Virus record (IMG/VR): IMGVR_UViG_3300047157_000186
DNA length: 64,000 nt
From: a virus
Lineage: Duplodnaviria > Caudoviricetes
Strand: one strand, 5' to 3'
In this document: piece after piece, positions 56,052 to 64,000 of the stretch
How the letters are laid out: each line of letters starts with the position of its first letter
Numbering within the stretch: position 1 is the stretch's first letter
Notes under the pieces: model-generated
Database searches by the model: none
The model's input: only the letters and a program-made list of their open reading frames with translations
Told to the model about the DNA's origin: nothing
Program-made: the position numbers and the translations under genes

Positions 56052-57338
56052 ATGAACAACGAAAAAAACAAAAGGATCAGAATTGGGGAAAAGACACCAA
56101 AAGAGACCGTAGTTGAAGAACTAGATGTAAAAATCGAAAACACAGAAATTGAAGAAGATGCTAATCAAGCATTTTATGATGAGAACGGGGAATTCATGTG
56201 GGATGCATATGAGTCTACTTGCCCGTCAAGAACAAGAAAACCAAATCCACACATTAAAACCAAAGACGGCGATAAAGTCTACTCTAGGGAATCTTATGCC
56301 CAAGAAATGTATGACATGCTTACTGCACATGATGCTAGTATTGGACAATTACTGACTGTAATTAATCCTGGTGAAATTCATGAAGGTAAAATTTATGCAA
56401 TTAATTCTGAGTTTATTAGCGTTGATATTGGTTACAGGGAATTGATCTACGTCAAGTATGATAAAGAACCTGCTGAAATTCAATCGCTAAAACCAGGTGA
56501 TGACACCGCTGTACTAATTACACAATTGGGTAAAAACTCACATATTGTTGGTAGTATTAATGGTGGTGTTAAACACAAAGTGTTTATGGATCTTAGAGCT
56601 GCAGTTGAAGAAGGAAACACAGCGTGGGTCGGTACAGTTACAAATATGATTGAAAATGGAGGTTATATGGTAATGGTACAAGGCATAGAATGTTTTATGC
56701 CAGGATCTTTAGCTGGAATTAATAAACTACATGACTTTAGTTCTATTATTGGAACGGAAATGTATGTAGTTCCTGTTAGTTTCTCACCGGATAGAGGTAC
56801 GTTAGTAGTTTCTCATAGAAAATATTTACAAGCTTTAATACCTGGAGAAATTGAAAACTTAAAACAAACACAAGGTGAAACAGTGACTGGAAATGTTACG
56901 GGTACTGCAAAATACGGAGTATTTGTAGAATTTAATAAGTGTTTAACTGGTATGATTCATAATAATGATTTAGATGAAGATACATTAGCCAAGTTTAGAG
57001 CCAGAGAAATTAAACCAGGTGATGAAATTTCATTTATGGTTAAAGATATTATAAGTAATACTAAAATAACATTAACTCAAAAGGCAAATATAGTTGTTAA
57101 TCCATGGGTAGATATTATTTCTAGATATCAAATTCCTTCTGTGGTACAAGCTACTGTTAAAACTAAAAAGGATTACGGATTATTTATCACAATAGAAGAT
57201 GGAGTGACTGGTTTGCTACATGTTAGCGAATTAAGTGAAGAAGTAATGAGCGTATTTAAAGCTGGTGACCCAATCACGGTACAGATTACAAGAATCGATG
57301 TTGATTCGATGAAAGTCTTTTTAAAGATGCCGCAATAA
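56052..57338 (+). CDS. rpsA: ribosomal protein bS1-like protein with four S1 domains
   Basis: IECFMPGSLA, TLVVSHRK, KYGVFVEF...GMIH, DYGLFITIEDGVTGLLHVSELS; N-terminal EFMWDAYE resembles Bacteroidota bS1. Confidence 0.85.
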   Translation: MNNEKNKRIRIGEKTPKETVVEELDVKIENTEIEEDANQAFYDENGEFMWDAYESTCPSRTRKPNPHIKTKDGDKVYSRESYAQEMYDMLTAHDASIGQLLTVINPGEIHEGKIYAINSEFISVDIGYRELIYVKYDKEPAEIQSLKPGDDTAVLITQLGKNSHIVGSINGGVKHKVFMDLRAAVEEGNTAWVGTVTNMIENGGYMVMVQGIECFMPGSLAGINKLHDFSSIIGTEMYVVPVSFSPDRGTLVVSHRKYLQALIPGEIENLKQTQGETVTGNVTGTAKYGVFVEFNKCLTGMIHNNDLDEDTLAKFRAREIKPGDEISFMVKDIISNTKITLTQKANIVVNPWVDIISRYQIPSVVQATVKTKKDYGLFITIEDGVTGLLHVSELSEEVMSVFKAGDPITVQITRIDVDSMKVFLKMPQ

Positions 57339-57391
57339 CTATTGCAACGAGAGTGTGATATATAATCAAACGGTAATATCATAATCTTAGT

Positions 57392-58702
57392 ATGCAAAAA
57401 TTAACTATAGATTCTCCGAGAGAATCAATCCTAAACGCAGCACTCATGGGTGTTGAGTTTGAGTTCTATTCTAACCTCGATCTAGAAGTAACCAGAAAAG
57501 CTCTGGAAAAACTTCTAGATCGAAAGATTAGATTAGAAGATAAAGCCCATTCTGATTTTGTACCATCTGCTGAAGAATTTAAAATTGAGCCAGATATGTC
57601 TGGTGGTAAAGGATTAGCAGAGTTGGTTACGGGACCTATCTCGTATAGAAATGCCAGATTAGTGGTTATTAAGATGTTAAAATGGATATCTGAAAATGGA
57701 TATACTAATGACAGAGCATCAATTCATATAAATTTATCTTTCGATAAAAAGTATCTCGAAGATAAAGATCTTGTTTCTAAAATGAATGTTCTTAAATTTA
57801 TTTTAGAATTTGATGAAAAACAAATCTATAAGTTTTTCCCTGAACGTGAAAATTCTACATATGCAAAGAGTGTAAAATGGGTAATGCCAAAAATTGAAGC
57901 ATTTCATTTTGATGGTAATCATATAGCGTCAAACAATTTTAAATTTGCTGACACAAAATATTATGGAATTAATTTTTCCAAAAAAGAAAAGAATTACTTA
58001 GAATTTAGGTATATTGGTGGAGCTGATTATGAGAAAAAATCAGATGATATTCTTTATTTAACTGAAAGATTTTTAATGCAAATGTGGAATTCGTGTAATG
58101 ACTCCAGGTTTAATGATGAGAATAAAATAGAATTACAGAGAATTTTAAATAAAAATAAACCTATCTCAGATATACTAAAGGACTACTCTAAGGTATCTGA
58201 ACATTATCCCGACATAACTATATTGGTAGATTTAGTAGATAACCCAGTCATTATTAAATTGCAATGGGAAAGGTTTAAGAATAGAGTAGTAGATCTTATA
58301 GTAAATGGATCTATGACTGCCGGCTTAATTAATTATGATTCTAATTATGGAGCCACACAAATAAAAGATGGAAAGTTTCCAACTGTTTATCAATTAGAAG
58401 ATTTTGAATTTATAGATTGTGAAATAGCTGGGAATGTAACTAATTCTAGTTTTTATGGGTGTGAAATAACTGGGTCTGCTATCATGTATGGTAGTTTATA
58501 CAAAGGCACTAAGGTAAAAGAATCAAAAGTAGAATCTAGTTATACACATGGTAGTTGTGAATTAATAAACTGTTATGTTGCGGGTAGAGATACTATGTTT
58601 AAAGGTAAAATGATTGGAGGTATATTCAGAGAGGGTTTCAAAACAAAAGATGCCAGATTTGAAGATACTGAGATTGTTGTAAGTAAAAAAATAAGAGAAT
58701 AA
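57392..58702 (+). CDS. putative amidoligase (carboxylate-amine ligase fold) with beta-helix-like C-terminus
   Basis: GVEFEF, IEPDMSG...ELVT, SIHINLS, KYYGINF, YLEFR. Confidence 0.75.
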   Translation: MQKLTIDSPRESILNAALMGVEFEFYSNLDLEVTRKALEKLLDRKIRLEDKAHSDFVPSAEEFKIEPDMSGGKGLAELVTGPISYRNARLVVIKMLKWISENGYTNDRASIHINLSFDKKYLEDKDLVSKMNVLKFILEFDEKQIYKFFPERENSTYAKSVKWVMPKIEAFHFDGNHIASNNFKFADTKYYGINFSKKEKNYLEFRYIGGADYEKKSDDILYLTERFLMQMWNSCNDSRFNDENKIELQRILNKNKPISDILKDYSKVSEHYPDITILVDLVDNPVIIKLQWERFKNRVVDLIVNGSMTAGLINYDSNYGATQIKDGKFPTVYQLEDFEFIDCEIAGNVTNSSFYGCEITGSAIMYGSLYKGTKVKESKVESSYTHGSCELINCYVAGRDTMFKGKMIGGIFREGFKTKDARFEDTEIVVSKKIRE

Positions 58703-58703
58703 A

Positions 58704-59546
58704 ATGAGTGAAATTAGAAGCGGTTCAAACCAAGATTTAACTTCTGGTAGAAATTTCGATCCAAATTGTCTAAATACTTTTTTAGAAGAAATAGGTGATG
58801 ATATTACTGGGGCATGTATGGTACCTATTAATTTGCCACAAAAAGAGATTGTTAATATAATTAAAAGAGCCAAAAAATGGTTTTATAAAAAATATGAATA
58901 TTCTGTAAAAGAAAATTTATACCATATTCCAAATAGTGTATTTAGTACATCACACTTTAAAAGCCACAGAGCACTTACGTTGCCTGGGCCAAGTGCAGAC
59001 GGAGGTGGAGGTGTATATTCAGTATATGGTTTATATGACTTAGCTTCAGGTTGGAATGGAGGCGGAGGCGGAATGGATGTGAGATTCCAAGGTGGTTCTG
59101 ACTTTTCAATGGAGCGAATGTTATTTAGAGGAATGTATGAAGGTTCTGGTATGGCTGAAGCCGCAGAAGAACTACAGTATTATGTATTGAACGCTTCTAT
59201 GGCAGATTTGTCTAGACAAATACTTGAAAACCCTATTTCATTTCATTATTCTAGTTTAACTGGAGAATTAAAATTTATGGGTGATACACCAAAGGGTGAT
59301 GTTATTTTAGAGATATATGAAACTATCCCTGATTGTGCATTATATTCAGATGAAATATTCTTTAGATATGTGAGTGCAAAAATAAAACAATCTATTGGTT
59401 CTAAATTAGCAATTTTTAAATTTGCCCTTCCTGGTAATGTTGATTTTGATTATGATGCCATTAAAAGTATGGGTGATGATGAGCTATCAGAGATTAACGA
59501 AGAGATTCAAGGAGACGAAGGTGTTGATTGGATGATGCATTCATAA
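58704..59546 (+). CDS. putative neck / head-completion protein (T4 gp13-like)
   Basis: C-terminal YVSAKIKQSIGSKL.IF...LPGNV.FD...I...G..E..EI pattern. Confidence 0.65.
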   Translation: MSEIRSGSNQDLTSGRNFDPNCLNTFLEEIGDDITGACMVPINLPQKEIVNIIKRAKKWFYKKYEYSVKENLYHIPNSVFSTSHFKSHRALTLPGPSADGGGGVYSVYGLYDLASGWNGGGGGMDVRFQGGSDFSMERMLFRGMYEGSGMAEAAEELQYYVLNASMADLSRQILENPISFHYSSLTGELKFMGDTPKGDVILEIYETIPDCALYSDEIFFRYVSAKIKQSIGSKLAIFKFALPGNVDFDYDAIKSMGDDELSEINEEIQGDEGVDWMMHS

Positions 59547-59568
59547 ATAAAAGAAGATAAATAAATAA

Positions 59569-59925
59569 ATGGAATTATATATAAAATATCCTAGCGATCC
59601 TAATTACGACGAAGATCAAGTTCAGACTAATGGTGAAATAGAAATGTTGATCACACAGATTCAAACAATTTTATTCACTAATAGTGGTGAAGTTATGGGG
59701 GATCATAAGTTTGGATGTGATTTAGAAACACTTATATATGATTTCAATTCTAGTGAACATAATATTAAATCAGTGATAGTAGATCAGATTAATGCATATT
59801 GCCCATTAGCATCAAAATACAATGTTCAAGTGAACATTGACTTTGTTCGAGGTGAAGTTAGAGATATTGCGTTCATAGATATTACGATAGATAGTAGATA
59901 TGCTATAAAAATAAGCATGCTATAA
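59569..59925 (+). CDS. baseplate wedge protein (gp25/GPW-like)
   Basis: QIQTILFTNSGEVMGDHKFGCDLETLIY. Confidence 0.85.
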   Translation: MELYIKYPSDPNYDEDQVQTNGEIEMLITQIQTILFTNSGEVMGDHKFGCDLETLIYDFNSSEHNIKSVIVDQINAYCPLASKYNVQVNIDFVRGEVRDIAFIDITIDSRYAIKISML

Positions 59926-59942
59926 AAAAGTATACATAAATA

Positions 59943-61772
59943 ATGGCAGAATTAAAATTTTTAAGTACAATTAGAACGGGAGCAGAGTCTATTAAGGCTG
60001 ATGCTAGAACTTATATTTCTAGGGTATACAATAGAGCTAACACTTTGTTTACTTTAGCTTCACCGTTTGCACAAATAATAGCTGTACTATCAGAAATGAT
60101 GGATCTTATTATGTATTATATTGAGGATTCTGTAGTAGAACAAAACATATATACTGCACAGCAACCAGAATCAATATATGGTATGTCAAGATTGACAGGT
60201 CATGATGCGACAAGAGGATTTGCTTCTACTGGTGAAATTATATTTAGATGGAAACCTGGTGCTGATATGGCAAAAATAGCAGGAAGTTTATTAAATATTA
60301 ATGGTAGATCAGAAATTAAATTTGATGCTAACGGAATGACGTATACTTTATTAAATTCTGTTGAATTATTTAAATTAGAAAAAACAAATTATAATGCATT
60401 TAAAAGTGCAATAATTCAAGGTAAATTTGAATCACAAACTGTGACTTCTAATGGTGAAAAATTACAATCATTTAACATTAATACTGGTGGAATCACTGAT
60501 CATAGTAAAGTTACTGTAAGTGTTAATGGTGAGCAATGGACAAAGCATGAATCTCTTTATGATCTATTATCTGATGAGAAAGCATATTTAATTAAAACTG
60601 GTATTAGCGGAGGTTTAGATCTTTATTTTGGAAATGGAAGTTTTGGAATGGTGCCACCAAATGGTGCTAGTATTAAAGTGGAATATGTAAAACATTCTGG
60701 AATTGCTGGTAATTTAGATGATTCACCTGATCTAACTATTAAGTGGGATGCAACTGGTTATGATTCTAATGGAACAGAACATGATTTAAATGAATTCTTA
60801 GATGTAACTGTTACTTCATCTCCAAAAATGGGTAGTGATAGAGAGAATACTCAATTTACAAAAATAATGACACCACTTGCAAGTAAATCATTTGTATTAG
60901 CTACACCTGATAACTATGAATACTTTTTGTCAAGATATAATATGTTTTCTTACATAGATGCATATAACACTACTGACGATCAATATTTAGATGATGATAA
61001 TGTTATTTATATTTTTGCGGTGCCAGATGTTAATAAAAAATTAGCTAAAAATCAAGATTACTTTACTGTACCACAAGAAGAAATGTTCTTTGATCAAGGT
61101 GAGTATGATGCAATGCATAAGGTTTTAGAAGATAGCGGCCAACAAATGGTAACAACTGAAGTTGTTTTTGTTAAGCCACAGATAAGAAAATATAGTATTG
61201 ATATTAATATTAGATTCTTTGAAGGTTATACTAAGGATGAAATTTACACAGCTGTAAGAGAGAGAATGTCAACATACTTATTAAATATAACAAGAAGAGA
61301 TAAACTGCCTAAGTCTGATATTATTTATATCTTAGAAGAAGTAGCAGGTATTGACGCTGTAAATGTTAGGTTCATTTCAGAGACAGAAGAAACAGCAAGA
61401 AGACTTGGTTATTATGAATCAATTACTACTACCGTGGTTCCACAAGAACCAGTAACACTGGAAACTGTAGGAAATGGAAAACAAAAATATGTTTTCTTTA
61501 AGAAAATAGAGGATGTAAAGGTGGTTCCAGTTGATGAAAATACTGTTATTCCTCCTAAGGTAAAAGGATTAGATCAGTGGGGTGATATTATAATGGAAAA
61601 AGAAGAAGTTGCTGTTTTTAGAGGCGGATGGTTAGATAGAGATGGTGACGTTATGGAAGATGATGTGTTAATTAACGCTGAAGCTGCGGTAAGTATAAAC
61701 TTTGAAGCAGATCCTGTGCCTAGAACAATATACACTAGAGTACAAGCTGGAAATAGAAAGGCACTTAAATAA
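59943..61772 (+). CDS. baseplate wedge protein (T4 gp6 / baseplate J-like)
   Basis: LYFGNGSFGMVP..GASIKVEY, G.D.E, VLATPDNYEYF, RRDKLPKSDII. Confidence 0.85.
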   Translation: MAELKFLSTIRTGAESIKADARTYISRVYNRANTLFTLASPFAQIIAVLSEMMDLIMYYIEDSVVEQNIYTAQQPESIYGMSRLTGHDATRGFASTGEIIFRWKPGADMAKIAGSLLNINGRSEIKFDANGMTYTLLNSVELFKLEKTNYNAFKSAIIQGKFESQTVTSNGEKLQSFNINTGGITDHSKVTVSVNGEQWTKHESLYDLLSDEKAYLIKTGISGGLDLYFGNGSFGMVPPNGASIKVEYVKHSGIAGNLDDSPDLTIKWDATGYDSNGTEHDLNEFLDVTVTSSPKMGSDRENTQFTKIMTPLASKSFVLATPDNYEYFLSRYNMFSYIDAYNTTDDQYLDDDNVIYIFAVPDVNKKLAKNQDYFTVPQEEMFFDQGEYDAMHKVLEDSGQQMVTTEVVFVKPQIRKYSIDINIRFFEGYTKDEIYTAVRERMSTYLLNITRRDKLPKSDIIYILEEVAGIDAVNVRFISETEETARRLGYYESITTTVVPQEPVTLETVGNGKQKYVFFKKIEDVKVVPVDENTVIPPKVKGLDQWGDIIMEKEEVAVFRGGWLDRDGDVMEDDVLINAEAAVSINFEADPVPRTIYTRVQAGNRKALK

Positions 61773-62056
61773 TGGGTTTATTTACAAATTTATTTAACTA
61801 TAGACAACGTAGAAGATATGATTCTGCTAAATCTAGAAAGGATGATAGATTACACACGGGATTTAACTACGATGATGAGTTGGCTCCAGGAGAATTTATT
61901 AGTAAGTCTTTGTCTGGTCACATTCAAAGAAATCAAACTATGCAACATTTTTTAATATTCTTAGATGACGCATTAAAGAATTTATTAAAGGGTGCAAGAT
62001 ATTTAAATAATTTTAAAAATTACACCGTTGACGAAAACACAAAGAAAACTAAATAA
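61772..62056 (+). CDS. hypothetical baseplate-region protein
   Basis: TAATG overlaps with both neighbours. Confidence 0.65.
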   Translation: MGLFTNLFNYRQRRRYDSAKSRKDDRLHTGFNYDDELAPGEFISKSLSGHIQRNQTMQHFLIFLDDALKNLLKGARYLNNFKNYTVDENTKKTK

Positions 62057-64000
62057 TGTACGATAATTTAAGATTTTTTAAAGGATTAGAATATGATTTA
62101 AACTTCGTAAAGGATAACTCTGATGTTTATCAGGGAACTGTGCATTTATCTGAGGTTTCTGCTGGTTTATATGAAACTATTAATTTATTTATATTAGAAG
62201 AGTGTGAATTATTCGGAGACCCTATTATAAATTTCCCAGTATCTGAAACACCAGATAACGATAAATTTATATTTGAATGGAGTGAAGATACTAGATTTGG
62301 TAGTAAAGATATTACACTATATAATATAGATCATTCTGGAAATCTTCCAGTAATTAAAGAATTAAAATCTCAAACTATTGATCTAATAGATTTTAGTAAA
62401 GTTGCGGTATTTAATGATGGTACTAAGGCGTTGTGGGAACAAGATAGTACCGCTATTCAAATTAATATAGCGTTAAATTCATTAAAAGCTGGACCACATG
62501 TTAGAAACTTGCACATTTATCATAGCGCAGCGGGTGTAAAAACACTTATAGCAGATATTGAAGTTTATGGTGAAGTAGTTGCTGAAGATGAAAGAACCAA
62601 AATTCTTCTTCAAAACTTTGGAGCTACATTAGATGAATCTGATTTTATGTTATTTAAAGATCATGACATTAGTGAAATGTCACCTGATTATAAATTACTG
62701 AATAAGAAAAGAAAGGAATTACTTTTAGAATTACACAACATAAAACCATTTGTTGGTACATATAAAGCAATATTGAATGCAATAGATTTCTTTGGTTATG
62801 ACAAAATAACACTTAAGGAATATTGGTTAAATGTTAATAATTCTGTTAAGAACTTTGGTAAATTATTTGCAGTTCCAGTTCCTAACTCTTCTGTTAGGGG
62901 TGAAAACACTAGAAAGAAATTAGCGTTTAAACTGCCTTCTAGTACAATGAAAAAAACTAGTAAGTTTAGTCTTGTATATAGATTAAACGAGCCGAATGGA
63001 ACATTTGATCATTGGGATATTCCTAATGTTGATGAGGTTTTTGATTATACACCAGAAGAAGTACTTATTAAACTATATGGTTTAAAGGCAAAGTTACAAA
63101 AAGATTATTTACCGCTTCAAGCAAAAATTATAGATATTACTGCCGAAGGAGATTACTTCTCTCAAAGAAATATAAATGTATGGAATATTCAAAATGGCAT
63201 TGATTTCTTTAGTGAAGGACATGATATTAAGTTTAATGTATTTCCTAACGATAGACAGTTATTTATAGAAGATATGTCAATGGTTTTAAAACCATCGCTT
63301 AATCAAGATGATGATTCTAATAACTATAATTTATTCTTAAATACTAAAAGCGGACAAGAACATACATTAACCCCAAATAATAGAACAGAATTAAAGAGTA
63401 TATTTAGAGAGTTTTATGAAACATATCATAATCAAGAATTATATTCTTATAACCCTAACATTCCAATTGGATGTCCTGTATTATTAGACGGTACAGAATC
63501 ATTTGATGATATTTGGGATGAAGCTAAATTTACTTGGGAAGATGCTCACAATCCAAACGATACTTTGTTAATTACATGGAACGATTGGTGGAAAGCATGG
63601 GTTTATGAAATAGAATGGATTATTACAAGTAAAAATAAAGGGTATGATCAGACTTATAGGGGTGCGATAGATGATTATTTGATTCTTCCATTGATATTAC
63701 CACATGATGACATATATACTGTCGAGATGAGAACATATGATCTCTTTGGGCACAGATCTCATTATAGAATGAAAGATCTAATAGATGTAAAACTTAAAAA
63801 TCTAGAATTATACGGTATTTATAAGTGGTTAGAAGATGATTCATGGGATAATAAAAATCTACCGTGGCAAAAATCAGGTGGTTATTGGAATCAACCTCAA
63901 GATAATGTAACAACTATCGATGATGATATTGCTACTCTTTATTTAACATTAGATAGAGCAAATTACATTCACTTTGAAGAAGATCAAGGAGTTAGATTTT
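62056..64000 (+). CDS. large baseplate wedge-like protein, 3'-truncated by the window edge (absent from the ORF track)
   Basis: Read by hand from ATG 62056 (MYDNLRFFKGLEYDL...) with no stop to 64000; VGTYKAILNAIDFFGY resembles the gpI/gp7 wedge motif. Confidence 0.8.
   Translation, partial: MYDNLRFFKGLEYDLNFVKDNSDVYQGTVHLSEVSAGLYETINLFILEECELFGDPIINFPVSETPDNDKFIFEWSEDTRFGSKDITLYNIDHSGNLPVIKELKSQTIDLIDFSKVAVFNDGTKALWEQDSTAIQINIALNSLKAGPHVRNLHIYHSAAGVKTLIADIEVYGEVVAEDERTKILLQNFGATLDESDFMLFKDHDISEMSPDYKLLNKKRKELLLELHNIKPFVGTYKAILNAIDFFGYDKITLKEYWLNVNNSVKNFGKLFAVPVPNSSVRGENTRKKLAFKLPSSTMKKTSKFSLVYRLNEPNGTFDHWDIPNVDEVFDYTPEEVLIKLYGLKAKLQKDYLPLQAKIIDITAEGDYFSQRNINVWNIQNGIDFFSEGHDIKFNVFPNDRQLFIEDMSMVLKPSLNQDDDSNNYNLFLNTKSGQEHTLTPNNRTELKSIFREFYETYHNQELYSYNPNIPIGCPVLLDGTESFDDIWDEAKFTWEDAHNPNDTLLITWNDWWKAWVYEIEWIITSKNKGYDQTYRGAIDDYLILPLILPHDDIYTVEMRTYDLFGHRSHYRMKDLIDVKLKNLELYGIYKWLEDDSWDNKNLPWQKSGGYWNQPQDNVTTIDDDIATLYLTLDRANYIHFEEDQGVRF

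Larger units (their letters stand above)
115..59563 (+). promoter_or_regulatory. dispersed late-promoter-like motif (G/A)ATA(T/A)ATA, about 20 copies before start codons
   Basis: Copies at 115, 839, 7534, 9431, 15696, 18714, 22526, 23487, 25462, 25777, 27552, 35516, 39646, 40840, 47352, 52048, 56016, 57357, 59556; resembles T4 late TATAAATA. Confidence 0.55.

Noticed and set aside
47381-64000. Baseplate cluster as a bacterial T6SS, eCIS or tailocin locus
   Set aside because: The context is phage-like throughout (neck protein, single-strand gene packing, T4-like accessory genes) and has no TssJLM/ClpV or chromosomal housekeeping operons.
1-64000. Cellular chromosome or eukaryotic giant virus origin
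   Set aside because: rpsU and rpsA-like genes are isolated among phage genes rather than in ribosomal operons. Bacterial-type terminators, overlapping operons and a contractile-tail baseplate argue against an NCLDV despite the collagen and PLOD-like genes.
1-64000. Stop-codon reassignment
   Set aside because: Known enzymes are full length in code 11, and TAG (22526) and TGA (20752, 29272) act as stops with tight coupling to the next gene.
1-64000. tRNA or rRNA genes
   Set aside because: Intergenic gaps are short and I saw no cloverleaf or T-loop (GTTCGA-type) signature; a tRNAscan run would be needed to exclude them fully.

Overview
The window is strongly AT-rich and gene-dense. It reads in standard code 11 and every credible gene lies on the + strand. 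It is most consistent with part of a large (jumbo) T4-like myophage genome. Host inference is Bacteroidota, from Bacteroidia-type bS21 and bS1 copies, A-rich starts without Shine-Dalgarno sites, and promoters resembling the Bacteroidota sigma-A consensus. Layout: (1) 0.9-22.5 kb is a fibre/surface locus with two Gly-X-Y collagen-like proteins, an Ala-rich fibre, two giant Thr-rich repeat proteins (one ending in a Hint domain), a J-domain protein, several glycosyltransferase-like genes and a GT25 glycosyltransferase fused to a PLOD-type lysyl hydroxylase domain. (2) 22.5-35.4 kb holds accessory and host-takeover genes (ATP-grasp, 3'-5' exonuclease, Hsp20, DnaJ, bS21, PhoH, RNase HII, NT5C, HAD phosphatases, UvsE), with four copies of a 48-bp promoter-like element. 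(3) 35.5-41.6 kb is a cluster of proteins sharing an N-terminal MKYIKLFE(E/S)F-type leader, including a ~990-aa protein divided by ES(V/Q)VNE-like linkers; these are probably head-packaged cargo. (4) 41.6-47.3 kb has dCMP deaminase, a DinG-like helicase, a lipoprotein and hypothetical genes. (5) 47.4-64 kb is a baseplate/neck module with embedded bS1-like and amidoligase genes. Top candidates for an undescribed system are a phage collagen lysyl-hydroxylation/glycosylation pathway, the Thr-rich fibre pair with Hint autoprocessing, and a leader/linker-coded virion cargo polyprotein system. All assignments come from motif recognition by eye; no database searches were run.
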